NCBI GenBank assembly: GCA_964016885.1
Contig: OZ024744.1
Coordinates: 36,332,001 to 36,396,000, forward strand
Origin: Eledone cirrhosa
Taxonomy: Eukaryota
DNA: 64,000 bases
Direction of reading: 5' to 3'
Below are positions 61,766 through 64,000 of the stretch, one piece after another. The position numbers and the translations under genes are program-made. Every line of letters begins with the position of its first letter. Position 1 is the stretch's first letter. The notes below the pieces were generated by a model. That model had not been told where the DNA came from. It saw nothing but the letters and a program-made list of their open reading frames with translations, and searched no databases.

Positions 61766-62584
61766 ATTATTTGACGAGTGATGATAATCTGCTCATGTAT
61801 AGCGAATGTTGTTGTTTTGGTTGCTTAATTCAAATTATAATAAATTGTAATGTATATATGGGCCACTAAGTTTTCTGGGATATTTCCCATGCAAATATTA
61901 AATCAGATGAGACTTAGAATTGAATATTGCTCTCACATTTGAACGGTACTGTAGCTACAAATACGGAAATATCAAACTCCATTTTTATGTTATTAGTAAT
62001 AACCTATTACTAAATATTCTCACGGAGCTGACAAGTGTCTCTAGGTCTTTCTCATTATTGCCATATAACTCCAGGTCATCGAAGAATTGAAAATGGTTTA
62101 CTATTTTTCCTTCTTTCTTAAACTATATTCAGCATTTATTTTGCCAGGAAAATCTCAGTGATTTAATACGTTTCAACCAGTCTGGGTGCTTTCCAATTTG
62201 GTAATTTTGCAGCGTATTTCACAATAAGCTTCTGAGTAATTATTACATCAACCTACTGTTTTAATTATCTTACTTCCTTTTGTATTTTAGTTATTCACTC
62301 CGCCACGTTTCTATGGCTAACATTGTTGCCTCATATATCACTCTAAAACCCTTTGTTTCTCTTTGCATGAGAAGAGGTATCTCTAATTAATATCTGTAAT
62401 TAGCCCACTTCACGTCTCAGCCTCATTATGCTATTATTTATTCGTCTGTCCATTCTCCTTGTAACAAACATCTTTGGCTATTACATCTGCTTGCATTTTG
62501 TACAGATTAATAGTATATATCCTATTAAATGGCGGAACAATATTGCTTCTATTTTGTTTATTTTTTGTTATTATTATTATTATT

Positions 62585-62781
62585 GTGGATTGGCAGTATT
62601 GGGAGAGGGTCGGACGCCATGCTTTGACGTATAGAGTTACGGCCCTTGCCATTCTGAGTTCAAATCCTGCCGAGGTTAACTTTGCCTTTCATCCTTACGG
62701 GGTCGATAAAATAAAGTACCAGTAATGCACTGGGTAATTGCTGGCCTTGTGCCTAACGTAGAAACAATTATTATTATTATT
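62585..62781 (+). mobile_element. tRNA-derived SINE in (ATT)n
   Basis: Close match to the 39698 copy; (ATT)n on both sides. Confidence 0.88.
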
Positions 62782-64000
62782 GATCTGTTCGGACGTCCTT
62801 TTTGCTCGCTCCCAGCAAGTCACTTTATTTGCCTGTTAAAATTATTTGTTGTTAAATATTTCTTGTTGTGTAGGTGATATAAGCCCTTAGACTTTGCCCT
62901 GTGAAGGTGAAAGTAAAATATTTGGGCCTTTTGACCCAAATATTTGAACATTTTACTTTAAAAAAAAAAATTGTTTAAAAAAAAAACATGGCTGAGTCAC
63001 GCCCCCCCCCCCCCCCAGCAATATGTCTGATGTCGTCTGACAACGGCGTAAAAGTTGAGAGGAGGGTTACAAAAATTGTTACAACAGACACCACCACAAA
63101 CAACGTGAACAAAGACAACACTGAGAACACTAATTTCGAAAAGATTACCACACCAGCTACATCAATAACAGCGTCAACCAAAATACAGACAACAGAAAAA
63201 AATGACAACAAATGCAACAACGATATTAACACCACTAACAAGAAAATAAACAACGACAACACCAACAGCAACAATACAAATTGCACCGAAAACAACAGCA
63301 ACGGTGGCACCAAAAACACAACAAACTACAACATTGATAATAGCAACAACACCAACAACACCGTTCGTAGCAACAGCAACAACACCAACAACACCGTTCG
63401 TAGCAACAGCAACAACACCAACAAAAAGACCAGTAGCGACAGCAATAATGGTATCGCTAAAAAAGGGGCCACTTCTTTAGCAGATGTGGCCCGAAATATA
63501 GAAACAGTGCTAGCCATGAAAGGGATGGCAGTCGCAGGAGCCATGGTGTCGAGAAACGACAACATAGTTTCCCTGAAACCTCCACCCGATTTCTTCAAAG
63601 ACTGCGCACGGTGACTTACCGCACCGTAAGCAAAATGTCGCATCGGGTGGAGAGAGCCATGGAGGTTCAAATCCAAACGGCCTTGGGGCGCGTCTGGGCG
63701 CGGAAAACACACATCACCCGAGGCAAAAAGTACGGCACAATAGACGTACTTTTCGCCACCCACCAAGAGGCGAAGTCTCACTCTTTGGAAACCCTAAAGA
63801 GTGAGGAGATAGTCTTGGTGCCCTCCTACTGCGGGCAGAAAATTGTGAAGATCAAAGTAACCTAGGTCCCAACCGACGTGCCCATACATTGGCTGGCCGC
63901 GTCTGTACTGGCTGGAATCGAGGAGAAGACCACCATACGGCAAATACAGAGAATGGGAAGAGAGAACTGGTCAGGAATAGGCATGCAAATGCTAATACAG
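62782..64000 (+). mobile_element. 5' end of a further Tx1-clade element (5' UTR plus disrupted ORF1) inserted in (ATT)n; runs off window
   Basis: ORF 62988-63614 is Asn/Thr-rich with SLADVA and LKPPP. 63611-63865 has YRTVS..KYGTIDVL..PSYCGQKIVKIKV, aligning to T1 FRTIS..LYGSLSIL..PTYMGRRTKKIKI. Confidence 0.8.

Overview
AT-rich eukaryotic (animal) genomic DNA with no recognisable host protein-coding gene, rRNA, tRNA gene or CRISPR array. The tRNA-derived SINEs and the microsatellite load suggest a cephalopod such as Octopus (inference only). The window is a nest of retroelements sorted by microsatellite. (1) Two families of restriction-like-endonuclease (R4/Dong-type) non-LTR elements are all on the minus strand and all abut (TATG)n/(CATA)n. 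(2) A head-to-tail array of L1/Tx1-clade elements (ORF1 with zinc knuckle; ORF2 APE-RT-CCHC) at 20069-37140 is separated only by (ATCT)n. (3) Related Tx1 elements sit in (ATT)n instead: one nested in an RTE 5' UTR, one in a SINE tail. (4) A decayed autonomous RTE is accompanied by four copies of a ~600 bp non-autonomous RTE 5'UTR+3'end fusion. (5) There are also a non-autonomous Helitron, Penelope-like remnants with hammerhead motifs, SINEs, MITE ends and long palindromes. The main points for follow-up are the microsatellite-specific targeting, a 5' splice-site consensus conserved at the ORF1 end of four diverged Tx1 copies, frameshifts shared between separately inserted copies, and a sharp recombination breakpoint between neighbouring Tx1 copies. 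All alignments were done by eye and no database search was run.
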